Origin: Nitrosopumilus sp.
GTDB taxonomy: Archaea > Thermoproteota > Nitrososphaeria > Nitrososphaerales > Nitrosopumilaceae
Direction of reading: 5' to 3'
DNA: 64,000 nucleotides
NCBI GenBank assembly: GCA_965206745.1
Contig: OZ242220.1
Location: forward strand, 160,001 to 224,000
The notes under the pieces are model-generated. The model did not search any database. It worked only from the letters and a program-made list of their open reading frames with translations, and had not been told where the DNA came from. Shown here one piece after another: positions 20,607 to 30,768 of this stretch. The position numbers and the translations under genes are program-made. Numbering within the stretch: position 1 is the stretch's first letter; each line of letters begins with the position of its first letter.

Positions 20607-21958
20607 TGAATCTGAAAAAATTTCTGGTATTTGCACTAGCTGCATGCTTGCTGTTTCCTGCAAGTAGTGTTTATGGACACGGGTTTGGCATTGATACAAT
20701 ATCCTCAATAGACATCCAGGGAAAGAAGATTTCAATTTCAGTAGAGGTGCCAATGTATTTTGAAAATGATCAGGAACAAATCACAATTACTGCAACTGAA
20801 GACGCTACTGGAGAGAATGCAAAAAATGTCACCTTTCTAATTGGATTGTTTCATGAAAATGAAATGATATTTAGGAATTTTTTCTTTGCCGATGACGGCG
20901 TTTTACAGATCAAAGTAACCCCTACGCAAGAAGATGAGATTACAATTAACGGCCAGCAAGACGCTTTGCTTGGAGCATGGCATGGAACAGAATCCAATCC
21001 CGTAGAAATTACAGGGCCGTTGTTTAACTCTAGTGGCTTGTATAACTTTGAAATTGAGATACGAACCATTGATGAGCCTACAAACATCATAGATTCCGGA
21101 ATTTATAATGCCGATTTGAGCGTAATTGAGACTGTATCCTTTCTTCAAGAAGACTCGGAAGGCAATGATGTGGAATTCCGTTCAAAGTCGTATTTTGACT
21201 CTATCTCCAACTTTGAATATGATTATGATGCCAAACAGGTTACATTTGAGATGCCATTTGACTGGAGTGAAAAGCAAATGTCTCATGTATCTGTGGTTCA
21301 TGTGGAAACCCACTTTCCAAAAGATTTTGTAGAGTTCTTTTCTACTAGCTACTCTACACACGTAAATGGAATTAAACTGTTCAAATCTTCTGTATCTGTT
21401 GATGATTATACGGAGAGTGATGAGAGAATAGTGCATCTTATCCTGTTGCAAGATCATCTGCGATATTTGAAAAATGAGATGAAGAAATCCGAAGGAGACT
21501 TGCCTGAAGGAATGAAATTTGTTCTGTCCACTAGTGAGGATACGGCATTTCCATTAGAGGCGTATACAAAAAGTGAGGATTTCAAAATAAACCTCTCATG
21601 GGATCCTGTGACTGTGGAGCCTGAGGTTGATACAAATTTCATCTTTACAATTCGAGATGGAAGGACAAACGATCCTTTGAGAAGCTCTGATTACACGTTT
21701 GTAATAATCCAGAATGGAAAAGAGATTCATCGCGTATCCGGACTGGCCCAGGTCGGCGGGGAATTTGAAAAATTCACATTCAGCGAGGATCAAACAGGTC
21801 CTACAATTATCAAGTTTGAAAATATTCGAAATACCGGACAAGAGACTGAATTTGCCCTAGTTGTTGTGCCTGAGTTTGGAACCATTGCATTACTGGTGTT
21901 GGTAATTTCCATAACGAGTATCATTTTTGTAACTAGAAGGAATCGGCTATTCATCTAG
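20603..21958 (+). CDS. Secreted PEFG-CTERM surface protein
   Basis: Signal peptide ending YG-H; C-terminal VPEFG + TM helix + RRNR. Confidence 0.85.
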   Translation: MMNLKKFLVFALAACLLFPASSVYGHGFGIDTISSIDIQGKKISISVEVPMYFENDQEQITITATEDATGENAKNVTFLIGLFHENEMIFRNFFFADDGVLQIKVTPTQEDEITINGQQDALLGAWHGTESNPVEITGPLFNSSGLYNFEIEIRTIDEPTNIIDSGIYNADLSVIETVSFLQEDSEGNDVEFRSKSYFDSISNFEYDYDAKQVTFEMPFDWSEKQMSHVSVVHVETHFPKDFVEFFSTSYSTHVNGIKLFKSSVSVDDYTESDERIVHLILLQDHLRYLKNEMKKSEGDLPEGMKFVLSTSEDTAFPLEAYTKSEDFKINLSWDPVTVEPEVDTNFIFTIRDGRTNDPLRSSDYTFVIIQNGKEIHRVSGLAQVGGEFEKFTFSEDQTGPTIIKFENIRNTGQETEFALVVVPEFGTIALLVLVISITSIIFVTRRNRLFI

Positions 21959-22338
21959 AGTGCCACTAACTTTACTGTATCCATGTTCTTATTTGTCTGA
22001 AAGTCTCTAGTCATTGTGGAGACCTTTTCTGCGTCTCCGTCAATCAGAAAAAGCTCCATGCATTTCTCCTTCTCAATCTTACTGTGAAGATGGGTCGTAA
22101 TCAGATGCTCAAAATTGTGTGTGATTCCTGACACGACATGATCAAATTGATCATTGTGTACCACCAAAAGAATGGCATGGATGTTTCCTGCCAAATCCGC
22201 CTTTTGTTTCTCTTCTGAAACAAATGATCTGATTCCTGCCCTGATGGCCTCTGATCTTCCTGAAAATCCCATGGATGATTGCAATCTGTCTAATTCTGAG
22301 AGAATTTCATCGTTTAGCGATATTGAGACTATGGGCAT
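21955..22338 (-). CDS. nikR: NikR-like CopG/RHH metal-responsive regulator
   Basis: IVSISL...GFSGRSEAIR RHH domain; THLH...CMEL metal-binding domain. Confidence 0.85.
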   Translation of the reverse strand: MPIVSISLNDEILSELDRLQSSMGFSGRSEAIRAGIRSFVSEEKQKADLAGNIHAILLVVHNDQFDHVVSGITHNFEHLITTHLHSKIEKEKCMELFLIDGDAEKVSTMTRDFQTNKNMDTVKLVAL

Positions 22339-22428
22339 ATGCCTGATTTTATTAATTATCTTATAAGTTTAGCAATCAATTTTATTAAAGTTTTATAAAT
22401 TTATTAATAATCTTTATCAAATTGCTGC

Positions 22429-23322
22429 GTGAATATTCAGATCAAACTTGCAATTATTGCAATCTGCATTGTAATTCCACTAAGCTCAATTGCAGTATAT
22501 GGAACCAATTTCGAACAATCAATTGCGCGAATTGAGAGTTCCAAACTACAAGTCGTCTCATCGTTTAACCCGTTGCACGAATTTTCACAAAAAGTAGGCC
22601 AAGACAGGGTTGACGCTATCTTGTTGCTGCCTATAGGTGTAGAGCCGCATGATTGGGAACCCACTATCAAAGATGTACAACAAATACAAAAATCTGATTT
22701 GATAATAGTCAATGGGATAGGTTTTGAAAACTGGGTCGATAACCTGGCTGAGAATAACCATCAGGTAATAGTCGATACCAGCAATGGAATTCCTACTAGA
22801 AAGCATTCCAATGCTGGTCCGGCAGATCCGCACATCTGGCTAAATCCAGTCTATGCAAAGATCCAGGTACAAAATATTGCAGATGCCTTCTCACAGGCCG
22901 ATCCTGAAAATGCGGGATATTACCAAACAAACACGGTAAAATACATTGAAGAATTAGACTTGCTTGATTCCAAAATACGGAATGAATTATCTGCGTGCAG
23001 TAGTGACTTTATTGCTTTTCATGATGCATTTTCATATTTTGCAGATGAGTATGGTCTGAACCAGCATACGGTAATTCAATCAACTAATTCCCATGGCGAA
23101 TCCACTGCAAAGACATTAGAAGATGTCATTTCTACAGCTGAGAAACTAAACATCAAGGTAATTTTTAGTGAAGAGAGTGTCCTGCCAAAAACATCTGAGA
23201 TAATTGCAAACGAAATAGGCGGCAAAGTTTTGATACTGTCTCCCATCGAGGTTGCCTCAGACGGGGATTATATTTCCAAAATGACTGGGAATCTTGAGAA
23301 TTTGAAAGAGGCATTGTGTTGA
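22429..23322 (+). CDS. znuA: Zn/Mn ABC transporter substrate-binding protein
   Basis: EPHDWEP, DPHIWL, HDAFSYFA. Confidence 0.9.
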   Translation: MNIQIKLAIIAICIVIPLSSIAVYGTNFEQSIARIESSKLQVVSSFNPLHEFSQKVGQDRVDAILLLPIGVEPHDWEPTIKDVQQIQKSDLIIVNGIGFENWVDNLAENNHQVIVDTSNGIPTRKHSNAGPADPHIWLNPVYAKIQVQNIADAFSQADPENAGYYQTNTVKYIEELDLLDSKIRNELSACSSDFIAFHDAFSYFADEYGLNQHTVIQSTNSHGESTAKTLEDVISTAEKLNIKVIFSEESVLPKTSEIIANEIGGKVLILSPIEVASDGDYISKMTGNLENLKEALC

Positions 23323-24035
23323 TAGTTGAGATTAGTGATCTAACCGTACAGTATCCTGACGTCAAGGCTCTTGACAATGTTAGTTTTGTAGTCAATCAGG
23401 GTGATTTTTTAGGCATAATCGGGCCTAACGGTGCAGGCAAATCCACTCTCTTTGACTGCATGCTGGGACTTTATACCAAATATGATGGTATCATCAAATT
23501 TTTTGGCCATGACATTAAAAAATCAAAGAGCTATCTTCACGAAATTGGATACGTGCCACAAAAACCAATCTTTGAAAAAAATTTCCCAGTCACAGTCACC
23601 GAAGTGGTTAGAATGGGACTGAAAAATGAGTCTAATGAGGACAAAATTGATGAGATCCTACAACAGTTATGGATACATGAACTTCGCAATAGGAGAATAG
23701 GAGAATTATCCGGAGGACAGCAGCAGCGCGTCTTTATTGCAAAAGCTTTGGTAAACGATCCGACAATTCTGATTCTTGACGAACCTGTAACCGGTATTGA
23801 TCAGCAGAGCATGGATCTGTTTTACAGTATTCTTCGTGAGTTAAATTCCAAACAAAAGATTACCATTATTTGGTCTTCCCATGACTTGGACGCAGTCAAC
23901 CAGTTGGCAAACCACGTGGCATGTTTGAACAGAACATTGTTTTTTCATGGGGAATCCGAAGAGTTCTTCTCCAATGATGAACTTGTCAAACAATACTCTG
24001 AGGCATCCATGCAGGAACACATGCATCATCATTGA
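23316..24035 (+). CDS. znuC: Zn/Mn ABC transporter ATPase
   Basis: GPNGAGKST, LSGGQQQR, LDEP, SHD. Confidence 0.93.
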   Translation: MLIVEISDLTVQYPDVKALDNVSFVVNQGDFLGIIGPNGAGKSTLFDCMLGLYTKYDGIIKFFGHDIKKSKSYLHEIGYVPQKPIFEKNFPVTVTEVVRMGLKNESNEDKIDEILQQLWIHELRNRRIGELSGGQQQRVFIAKALVNDPTILILDEPVTGIDQQSMDLFYSILRELNSKQKITIIWSSHDLDAVNQLANHVACLNRTLFFHGESEEFFSNDELVKQYSEASMQEHMHHH

Positions 24036-24856
24036 TCATGTCTTTTGAAATCCTAACCTACAGTTTCATGCACAGGGCACTAATCTCTGGAATTGCCATT
24101 GCAATTCTTTGCTCCGTTGTCGGCTTGTTTCTAGTCTTGAGGCGCTATTCGTTATTTGGTGATGCTATTGCGCATTCGTCATTTGGCGGCATTGCATTGG
24201 GTCTGCTGGCTGGCATTTATCCGCTATGGACCGCATATGGTGTTTCCATAGCTAGTGCGTTGATAATCACAAAAATCAAAGACAGATACAACATATCTGG
24301 CGATGCATCCATTGCAGTTTTGCTATCATCCGGCATTGCAGTTGGGCTCGTTATTATTGGACTGTCTGGGGGTTTTACCATTGACATCTTTAGCTTTCTG
24401 TTTGGAAGCATTCTTCTTGTCAGTGTAGATGACACCGTTCTAATCCTGGCTCTTACGGGAGCTGTCCTGATTGTGATTCTGCTGCTTTACCGGCAGATCC
24501 TTTACTCTACATTCAACGAGGAACAGGCCAAAGTCAGTGGAATTCCAGTGGAAAAAATTAACTATCTGATCGTGTTTATGGCCGGATTAACTGTGGTTAC
24601 ATCAATCCAACTTGTTGGCGTATTGCTGATTTCGGCCCTGTTTGTAATTCCAAACGTTACTGCAATAATGTACGGCAAAGGCTTCAAGCAGACGGCAATA
24701 ATCTCTATGAGTTTCTCTATCTTCTCAGTGGTTGTCGGAATCCTAATTTCCTACGTATTTGACATAACTCCTGCAGGAACCATTGTTATCTTGGCAATTG
24801 GATTACTTGCAGGAACAATGGGAATAAAATCAGCTGGGTTGCTGTCTAAGAACTAA
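24032..24856 (+). CDS. znuB: Zn/Mn ABC transporter permease
   Basis: GDAIAHS, FLFGSIL, VGVLLISALFVIP. Confidence 0.92.
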   Translation: MIMSFEILTYSFMHRALISGIAIAILCSVVGLFLVLRRYSLFGDAIAHSSFGGIALGLLAGIYPLWTAYGVSIASALIITKIKDRYNISGDASIAVLLSSGIAVGLVIIGLSGGFTIDIFSFLFGSILLVSVDDTVLILALTGAVLIVILLLYRQILYSTFNEEQAKVSGIPVEKINYLIVFMAGLTVVTSIQLVGVLLISALFVIPNVTAIMYGKGFKQTAIISMSFSIFSVVVGILISYVFDITPAGTIVILAIGLLAGTMGIKSAGLLSKN

Positions 24857-27620
24857 TCAGGGAATTCAATCTTCTCTTATCCTGTATGCTTTTCACATAA
24901 AATAACGATGTTGCAATGATTCCCAGTGCAATTAGCGGTGATGCAATCTCCGTGTACTTTAGCTGAGGATCGTCCCCCACCTGAATTTGAGAAATGCTTA
25001 CCGGAATCTCCCTGGTCTTCATCGTTCCGATCTTGTTTGACTGCTGTTCAACAAACCACACGTTGTCATCTCCATCTGATGCCATATACTGGATAAAGGT
25101 GGCCTCAGTTGGGACTGGAATCTCTATCAAATCACTGTTGTCTGGATCATAAACTCCGACACTGTCCACTGTATGCTGTGCAAACCAGATGTTCCCATAC
25201 CTGTCCAGAGTCATACCAAATGGAAGTGCCTCGGCATTGGGTACGGGAATTTTTTCAAATGTCTCCAAAACCGGATTGAATTTCGTTATTGCCAGGCCTG
25301 AATGCTCTGCAATCCATAGATTCCCATCATCATCAAAAATTAGTGCTTCTGGGGATTCCAAAACCGTGTCAGTTGAGATTTGGGTAGGCTGATTACTTTG
25401 GGGATCGATGAATCCTATCTTGCCTGTTCCTGCCGCAGAGTACCAGACCATTCCGTCCCCGTCGACAGCTAGCGCAAATGGCACTGACTGCTTCTCTGGA
25501 AGAACTATCTCCTCAAACATGTCCTGTTCTGGCAGATATTTCAGGATTCGATCTTTGTTTATCACTGCAATCCAAATACTGCCTTCAAAATCCGCCTTGA
25601 TCGACAGCGGTATGTTTTCTGATATCACTGGATCCAGTTTTGGAATGGTCCTAGTTGTAATCTCCTTGGTCTCTATATCGATAAACCCGATCTGATTTCT
25701 TGGCGTATCTGTAAACCAGACCTTTCCATTGTTATCGTTTGTCAGGAATGTGGTTGCCAAACCGTCAAAAGAATGGGAGGTAAACTCGTCTGTTTCAAGT
25801 GAGAACTGCCATATTCTTGGAGATGATGTATCGCTTATCCACAACGAGTCTTTCCCATCATGTACTGCAAAGAGAGGACTTGCAGCTTCTGGCAACTCGT
25901 ACTCTATGACCTGTGTTTGAATATCTGCCAGTCTGGGCTTTACAAGCAAGTCCAGCATGACTGACTCGTTTGCATTCTCTGTTCTCTGGGCTTCAATCTC
26001 TACTAGCCATTTTCCTGAAAATCCAAACGTCAGCTCCCCCTGAAACTTGCTAGGTTTGTCCTCTTGCTTGATCTGCTCCATTGGGACTTCAATCGGGGAA
26101 ATGCCCTTTGATGGGTTGGAAATTTTTACTTTGATCTGATTTGAATCATAAAGTGGATCTCCCTCAAAGTCACTGACCCTGACTAGAATTGTGTTTGTCC
26201 CGCTGGAAAATGGCGAAATATCAACATCGAATTTTGCATTCTCGGCAAATTCTATGGTTTTGAACCCATAGACAACCTCCTGTGCATCGACTTGCTGAAT
26301 CTGGCCAGCTGGCAGTGTACCATTAGTCAGCAATGCTACGACTAGTAGGAGAGCCACCCCCAACACTGCATCTATCTTCAATGATCTCTTGAGTTTTTTA
26401 TGGACTGCAATCTTTCCTGATGAAAAACCCTTCTCTGCATTTTTTTGTACTCTGAGTTGGAAGAATCCGCCCAAACCCACCATGACTGCGGCAATGGTTA
26501 TTTTGAGCATGATTAATTGACCAAACACTGACTCGGTGATTAGTCCCACGTCACTTTCCAAGAACCACATCAGCGTAGGTCCGGTGATAATCACTATCCC
26601 TACTGAAATGATAAACGCAATGGAGAACCTTGGAATCATTACCAGGCTCATCCTTTCCCGATTTGCTTCTTTGAGTTGTGAAAACGTTGGAAGCAATGTA
26701 AAGACAAAATATATGATTCCCCCTATCCAAACTGCGGCAACCAAATTGTGTATGTAATCTAATACCAATGCCCCTAATTCCTCACTAGCTGCACCATGAC
26801 CGATCAGACTTGATGTTGAAATTAACACCAATGATGCGGCAAGCATTGGAACTTGACTTTTCTTTGACAATGCCTTTCTTCTGTCCATTCCAAACCAAAT
26901 GCCAAGCAGGACTATCGTGATAATCATCCTTGCAAGCCAAACTGTACCAAAATACGTCTGAATCACATCCAATGGCGAGGCCTCCAATCTAATGGTTTGA
27001 ACAGCAATCATCAAGATATCTGAAATGAATACGAGCATCAATCCAATACCGGTAACTGACATGAATTTTGCATGATGAACAACTTCCACCTTGTCCAGTT
27101 CTTTTCTGATTAGTTGTTTATTCTGTGTTCCCCAAATGATTAGTGATGCAATTACAGCTCCCAAAACTATCGTCTGTCCTAAAATTCCAGGAAATCTTGC
27201 TCCAGCTTCGGGCAAAAATATTATTTCAGATGGCCCCTCATCGGGAATATCTGGTACACTGACATCTCCCACTCCAAACAAAAATGCACTCGGAACCAAA
27301 TGCCCGTCAATCTTTGAGAGAACTTTTACAGAACTGGTATAGACCCCCTCCTCTAACGGCGGGGTGGTAACAATTAGGGACAGTTCACCTTCATGGTAAC
27401 TGGTGTCTCTGTTATCTATTTGATCCCCGTTGCTGTCAAAAATCTTCATCTCACTGAAACTGATATCCACAGGTTCGGAAAAATACACGATCACCTCTGT
27501 TGTTCCTATCGGTGCATTGGATCCCAAGCTGGGAATTGTTTTTTCCGTAAATGGATGTGCTGCTGCAAACGGAATTGAAATCAATGATAAAACCAGCAGA
27601 AATATCAGAAACTTTCTCAT
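24846..27620 (-). CDS. CopC-CopD-beta-propeller (Vgb-like) copper acquisition fusion protein
   Basis: Mature N-terminal His (AAAHP), DGH CopC motif, CopD TM region (GHGA, HNLVAAVWIGG), repeated DxxGxxWF propeller blades. Confidence 0.85.
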   Translation of the reverse strand: MRKFLIFLLVLSLISIPFAAAHPFTEKTIPSLGSNAPIGTTEVIVYFSEPVDISFSEMKIFDSNGDQIDNRDTSYHEGELSLIVTTPPLEEGVYTSSVKVLSKIDGHLVPSAFLFGVGDVSVPDIPDEGPSEIIFLPEAGARFPGILGQTIVLGAVIASLIIWGTQNKQLIRKELDKVEVVHHAKFMSVTGIGLMLVFISDILMIAVQTIRLEASPLDVIQTYFGTVWLARMIITIVLLGIWFGMDRRKALSKKSQVPMLAASLVLISTSSLIGHGAASEELGALVLDYIHNLVAAVWIGGIIYFVFTLLPTFSQLKEANRERMSLVMIPRFSIAFIISVGIVIITGPTLMWFLESDVGLITESVFGQLIMLKITIAAVMVGLGGFFQLRVQKNAEKGFSSGKIAVHKKLKRSLKIDAVLGVALLLVVALLTNGTLPAGQIQQVDAQEVVYGFKTIEFAENAKFDVDISPFSSGTNTILVRVSDFEGDPLYDSNQIKVKISNPSKGISPIEVPMEQIKQEDKPSKFQGELTFGFSGKWLVEIEAQRTENANESVMLDLLVKPRLADIQTQVIEYELPEAASPLFAVHDGKDSLWISDTSSPRIWQFSLETDEFTSHSFDGLATTFLTNDNNGKVWFTDTPRNQIGFIDIETKEITTRTIPKLDPVISENIPLSIKADFEGSIWIAVINKDRILKYLPEQDMFEEIVLPEKQSVPFALAVDGDGMVWYSAAGTGKIGFIDPQSNQPTQISTDTVLESPEALIFDDDGNLWIAEHSGLAITKFNPVLETFEKIPVPNAEALPFGMTLDRYGNIWFAQHTVDSVGVYDPDNSDLIEIPVPTEATFIQYMASDGDDNVWFVEQQSNKIGTMKTREIPVSISQIQVGDDPQLKYTEIASPLIALGIIATSLFYVKSIQDKRRLNSLISS

Positions 27621-27721
27621 TTGTTGGTATGATCATTTATGATAATTTAAACAGTTTACAAATTTCCAAATTTATGCCAGTTTACATAAAGATAATAACC
27701 TATGATTGTCCAATGATGGTC

Positions 27722-28351
27722 ATGAAGATAGTAATTCTTGGCATCATGGCAGCATTATTTTCCATTGGAATGATTTCTGCATCTTTTGCGCATACCACTG
27801 TTCACGTTGAACAATATGAGATTGAAGTAGGCTGGAGCATTGAGCCGCCTGTTGTGGGAATTCGAAATGATCTTGCCTTAAAGATTACCGAACCTGGAGA
27901 AACTGAAGGTACTAAAAAAGGTGTGACTGCAGTTTTCAAAGATGCTGATGCCACTGTAATGTTTGGAGGTGCCTCTAAAAAAATTGATGTCAACTCTGAT
28001 TCTAGACCCGGATATTATTTTTCACCTATAATTCCGACTAAAACTGGAAGTTACATGGTAGAACTCAAAGGTGAGATTCATGGCATGCCTGTAGATGTAA
28101 AAATACCCGTTGAAGACGTAGAGCCCACAGCAGTATTGGATTTCCCACCATCCTCTAATGCCGGTGATACTGACATTACTGCATTAAAGAATGCAATGTC
28201 CTCATTACAGCAGGATGTCTCTAAATTAAATTCTGGAGAAATCAAAGTTCCTTCCAACGGTGATGCATCTTATGACTTTGCAATATTTGCATTGTCCATT
28301 GCCGCAGCAGCTATAATCTTGGCTATAGTTTCTCTAGTAAAAAGAAAATAG
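27722..28351 (+). CDS. Secreted, C-terminally anchored hypothetical protein (N-terminal His after signal peptide)
   Basis: SFA-H cleavage-like site; C-terminal TM + KRK. Confidence 0.75.
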   Translation: MKIVILGIMAALFSIGMISASFAHTTVHVEQYEIEVGWSIEPPVVGIRNDLALKITEPGETEGTKKGVTAVFKDADATVMFGGASKKIDVNSDSRPGYYFSPIIPTKTGSYMVELKGEIHGMPVDVKIPVEDVEPTAVLDFPPSSNAGDTDITALKNAMSSLQQDVSKLNSGEIKVPSNGDASYDFAIFALSIAAAAIILAIVSLVKRK

Positions 28352-28364
28352 AAAAGAGGAATTC

Positions 28365-29258
28365 CTAAAATCTTGGAATGACTCTGGATTTTGCAGTTAC
28401 TGCTATGATGCTAATGATTGCAACAGCTAGTATCATCATTGCAATTGTTCCAAATTCTGGTACAATGTTTGAGTATGCAACTTCTTCACCAATTGGTCCT
28501 GTCTTGGGACTACTTACACCATAACCTTGGAAGGTAACCTTGATGTCTACTGGATCAGAAGAACTGAGCGGCGCTGTAGTATGATCGCCTTTACCGTCAT
28601 GTTCATGTGCGCCTTCATCATTCAAAACCTCTTCACCGTTCTGTGTAACCATTATGTCATAGTTGACATGTTTTGCATCGTCAAATTCGATGGAAACATC
28701 CATCATTTCCCCTGCAGTTGGTGCTGAAGTCCAGATTGAGACCATTGTAGCGTCAGATAGCATTCCGGTTGCAGATGCATCACCGTCGCGCATCATTGTC
28801 TTGTCATCTCCTGGTTCGTTGTGGTCACCTGAATCATCATGATCACCTCTAGATTCCCCTTCTACTATGATTGTACCTATCATCCAAGTATGTAATGTAC
28901 AATAGTATGGCACTTCACCAGCTTCTTCTGGAGTCCATTCTGCAGTTTCTCCTGAATTTATGATACTTGTATCAAATTCACCTGTTGGTGAAGGAGTAAA
29001 ACCGTCTACGGTTCCTGCTGTGAATGTGTGTATCCCAGTTGTGTCAGTATTTGAGAAAATTACTTTTCCACCCACATCTACTGTCGCAATAGATGGAGTA
29101 TAACATCCCTCTGCCACACAATCCTGACCAAAGCCGGATCCCTCTACTGTTCCTATTGTTACTTCTGGATGATCTGCAAAAGCAGCCGGTGTCATTGTGA
29201 TGATACCTGCTACGATAGCAAATAGCACGAAGAAAGAACTAAGTACTTTTGTCTTCAT
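28365..29258 (-). CDS. Cupredoxin (type-1 blue copper) protein with PEFG-CTERM
   Basis: HTFT...YYCTLHTWM ligands; His-rich linker; VPEFG + TM. Confidence 0.9.
   Translation of the reverse strand: MKTKVLSSFFVLFAIVAGIITMTPAAFADHPEVTIGTVEGSGFGQDCVAEGCYTPSIATVDVGGKVIFSNTDTTGIHTFTAGTVDGFTPSPTGEFDTSIINSGETAEWTPEEAGEVPYYCTLHTWMIGTIIVEGESRGDHDDSGDHNEPGDDKTMMRDGDASATGMLSDATMVSIWTSAPTAGEMMDVSIEFDDAKHVNYDIMVTQNGEEVLNDEGAHEHDGKGDHTTAPLSSSDPVDIKVTFQGYGVSSPKTGPIGEEVAYSNIVPEFGTIAMMILAVAIISIIAVTAKSRVIPRF
28851..29167. repeat. Cupredoxin-domain DNA module, near-identical to 30301..30617
   Basis: Direct repeat at offset 1450 with only a few substitutions. Confidence 0.85.
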
Positions 29259-29316
29259 TAAACGAATTATTTGATGGGATCCATAAAAACTTCACTAGAA
29301 TTCCCAGAAATAGGAA

Positions 29317-29690
29317 CTAGTCCTTTCTAATCTGGTATACCTTTAGGATTCCAAATACTGGAATTCCTACATACATTGCCAAATTCAAGGCAATCACAGA
29401 TATTCCAAGTCCCAGGACTTTGGCCTCTGAACCCTCATCAGCTAGCGACATTATGGACAGCGTTGAAAGCATCGGGGTGATCATGACCTTTACTGCCTCT
29501 TTGAACATTGGATTCTCCCTCTCCCAATCCGAGACAGTTGGTGCAAATGAATAGTATAGTGTGTTAAATCCGCTCATAAATGCGGTGCCAGAAGCCGTAC
29601 TGAACAGTGTATTATCCCTTATCTCTCTGAGCATCTGAACCTGTGGTGCAAGTTCGGTTCCGTATGCTGCAGTTGCAATTAGACATCCGC
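29317..29690. repeat. CFI-box-CTERM DNA module, copy 1 (others at 30769..31142 and 31833..32204)
   Basis: About 370 bp, near-identical in three adjacent genes. Confidence 0.9.
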
Positions 29691-30708
29691 TATCATCTTC
29701 CATCATCTTATCATCATCCATCATCTTATCATCTTCCATCATCTTATCATCTTCCATCATAGCATCATCGCCCATCATAGCATCATCGCCCATCATAGCA
29801 TCTTCACCCATCATCTTATCATCATCCATCATCTTATCATCATCCATCATCTTATCATCTTCCATCATAACATCATCTTCCATCATAACATCTTCACCCA
29901 TCATCTTATCATCATCCATCATCTTATCATCATCCATCATCTTATCATCTTCCATCATAACATCATCGCCCATCATAGCATCTTCACCCATCTTATCTTC
30001 CATCATCTTATCATCTTCCATGATCTTATCATCTTCCATCATAACATCATCGCCCATCATAGCATCTTCACCCATCTTATCTTCCATCATCTTATCATCA
30101 TCCATGATCTTATCATCTTCCATCATAACATCATCGCCCATCATAGCATCTTCACCCATCTTATCTTCCATCATCTTATCATCTTCCATCATCTTATCAT
30201 CATCCATCATAACATCATCGCCCATCATAGCATCTTCACCCATCTTATCATCTTCCATCATTTCATCATCATGATCCTTTGCATCATCATGATCATCTCC
30301 AGATTCTCCTTCTACCATGATTGTACCGACCATCCAAGTATGTAATGTACAATAGTATGGCACTTCACCAGCTTCTTCTGGAGTCCATTCTGCAGTTTCT
30401 CCTGAATTTATGATACTTGTATCAAATTCACCTGTTGGTGAAGGAGCAAAACCGTCTACGGTTCCTGCTGTGAATGTGTGTATCCCAGTTGTGTCAGTAT
30501 TTGAGAAAATTACTTTCCCACCCACATCTACTGTCGCAACAGATGGAGTATAACATCCCTCTGCCACACAATCCTGACCAAAGCCAGATTTCTCTACTGT
30601 TCCTATTGTTACTTCTGAATTGCCTGCAAAAGCAACTGGTGTCATTGTGGTGATACCTCCTACAATAACAAATAGCATGAATAAAGAATAACCTGTTTTA
30701 ATTTTCAA
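29317..30708 (-). CDS. Cupredoxin with long Met/Asp-rich tract and CFI-box-CTERM domain
   Basis: YYCTLHTWM; repeats such as MMEDDK; GCLIATAAYGT...LREIRD...YYSFAP tail; TTG start assumed. Confidence 0.85.
   Translation of the reverse strand: MKIKTGYSLFMLFVIVGGITTMTPVAFAGNSEVTIGTVEKSGFGQDCVAEGCYTPSVATVDVGGKVIFSNTDTTGIHTFTAGTVDGFAPSPTGEFDTSIINSGETAEWTPEEAGEVPYYCTLHTWMVGTIMVEGESGDDHDDAKDHDDEMMEDDKMGEDAMMGDDVMMDDDKMMEDDKMMEDKMGEDAMMGDDVMMEDDKIMDDDKMMEDKMGEDAMMGDDVMMEDDKIMEDDKMMEDKMGEDAMMGDDVMMEDDKMMDDDKMMDDDKMMGEDVMMEDDVMMEDDKMMDDDKMMDDDKMMGEDAMMGDDAMMGDDAMMEDDKMMEDDKMMDDDKMMEDDSGCLIATAAYGTELAPQVQMLREIRDNTLFSTASGTAFMSGFNTLYYSFAPTVSDWERENPMFKEAVKVMITPMLSTLSIMSLADEGSEAKVLGLGISVIALNLAMYVGIPVFGILKVYQIRKD
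29692..30270. repeat. Tandem low-complexity repeat (mostly 18-nt units) encoding Met/Asp hexapeptides
   Basis: Reiterated catcatcttatcatcttc / catcatagcatcttcacc units. Confidence 0.9.
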
Positions 30709-30768
30709 TGTTGAATCTCTTATCAGGACACATAAAAACCTCACTAGGATATATACCCAAAATAGGCA

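Noticed and set aside
22340-22428. TTTATTAA repeats as a NikR-like operator
   Set aside because: Region is extremely AT-rich; the repeats cannot be told apart from overlapping divergent TATA boxes or chance.
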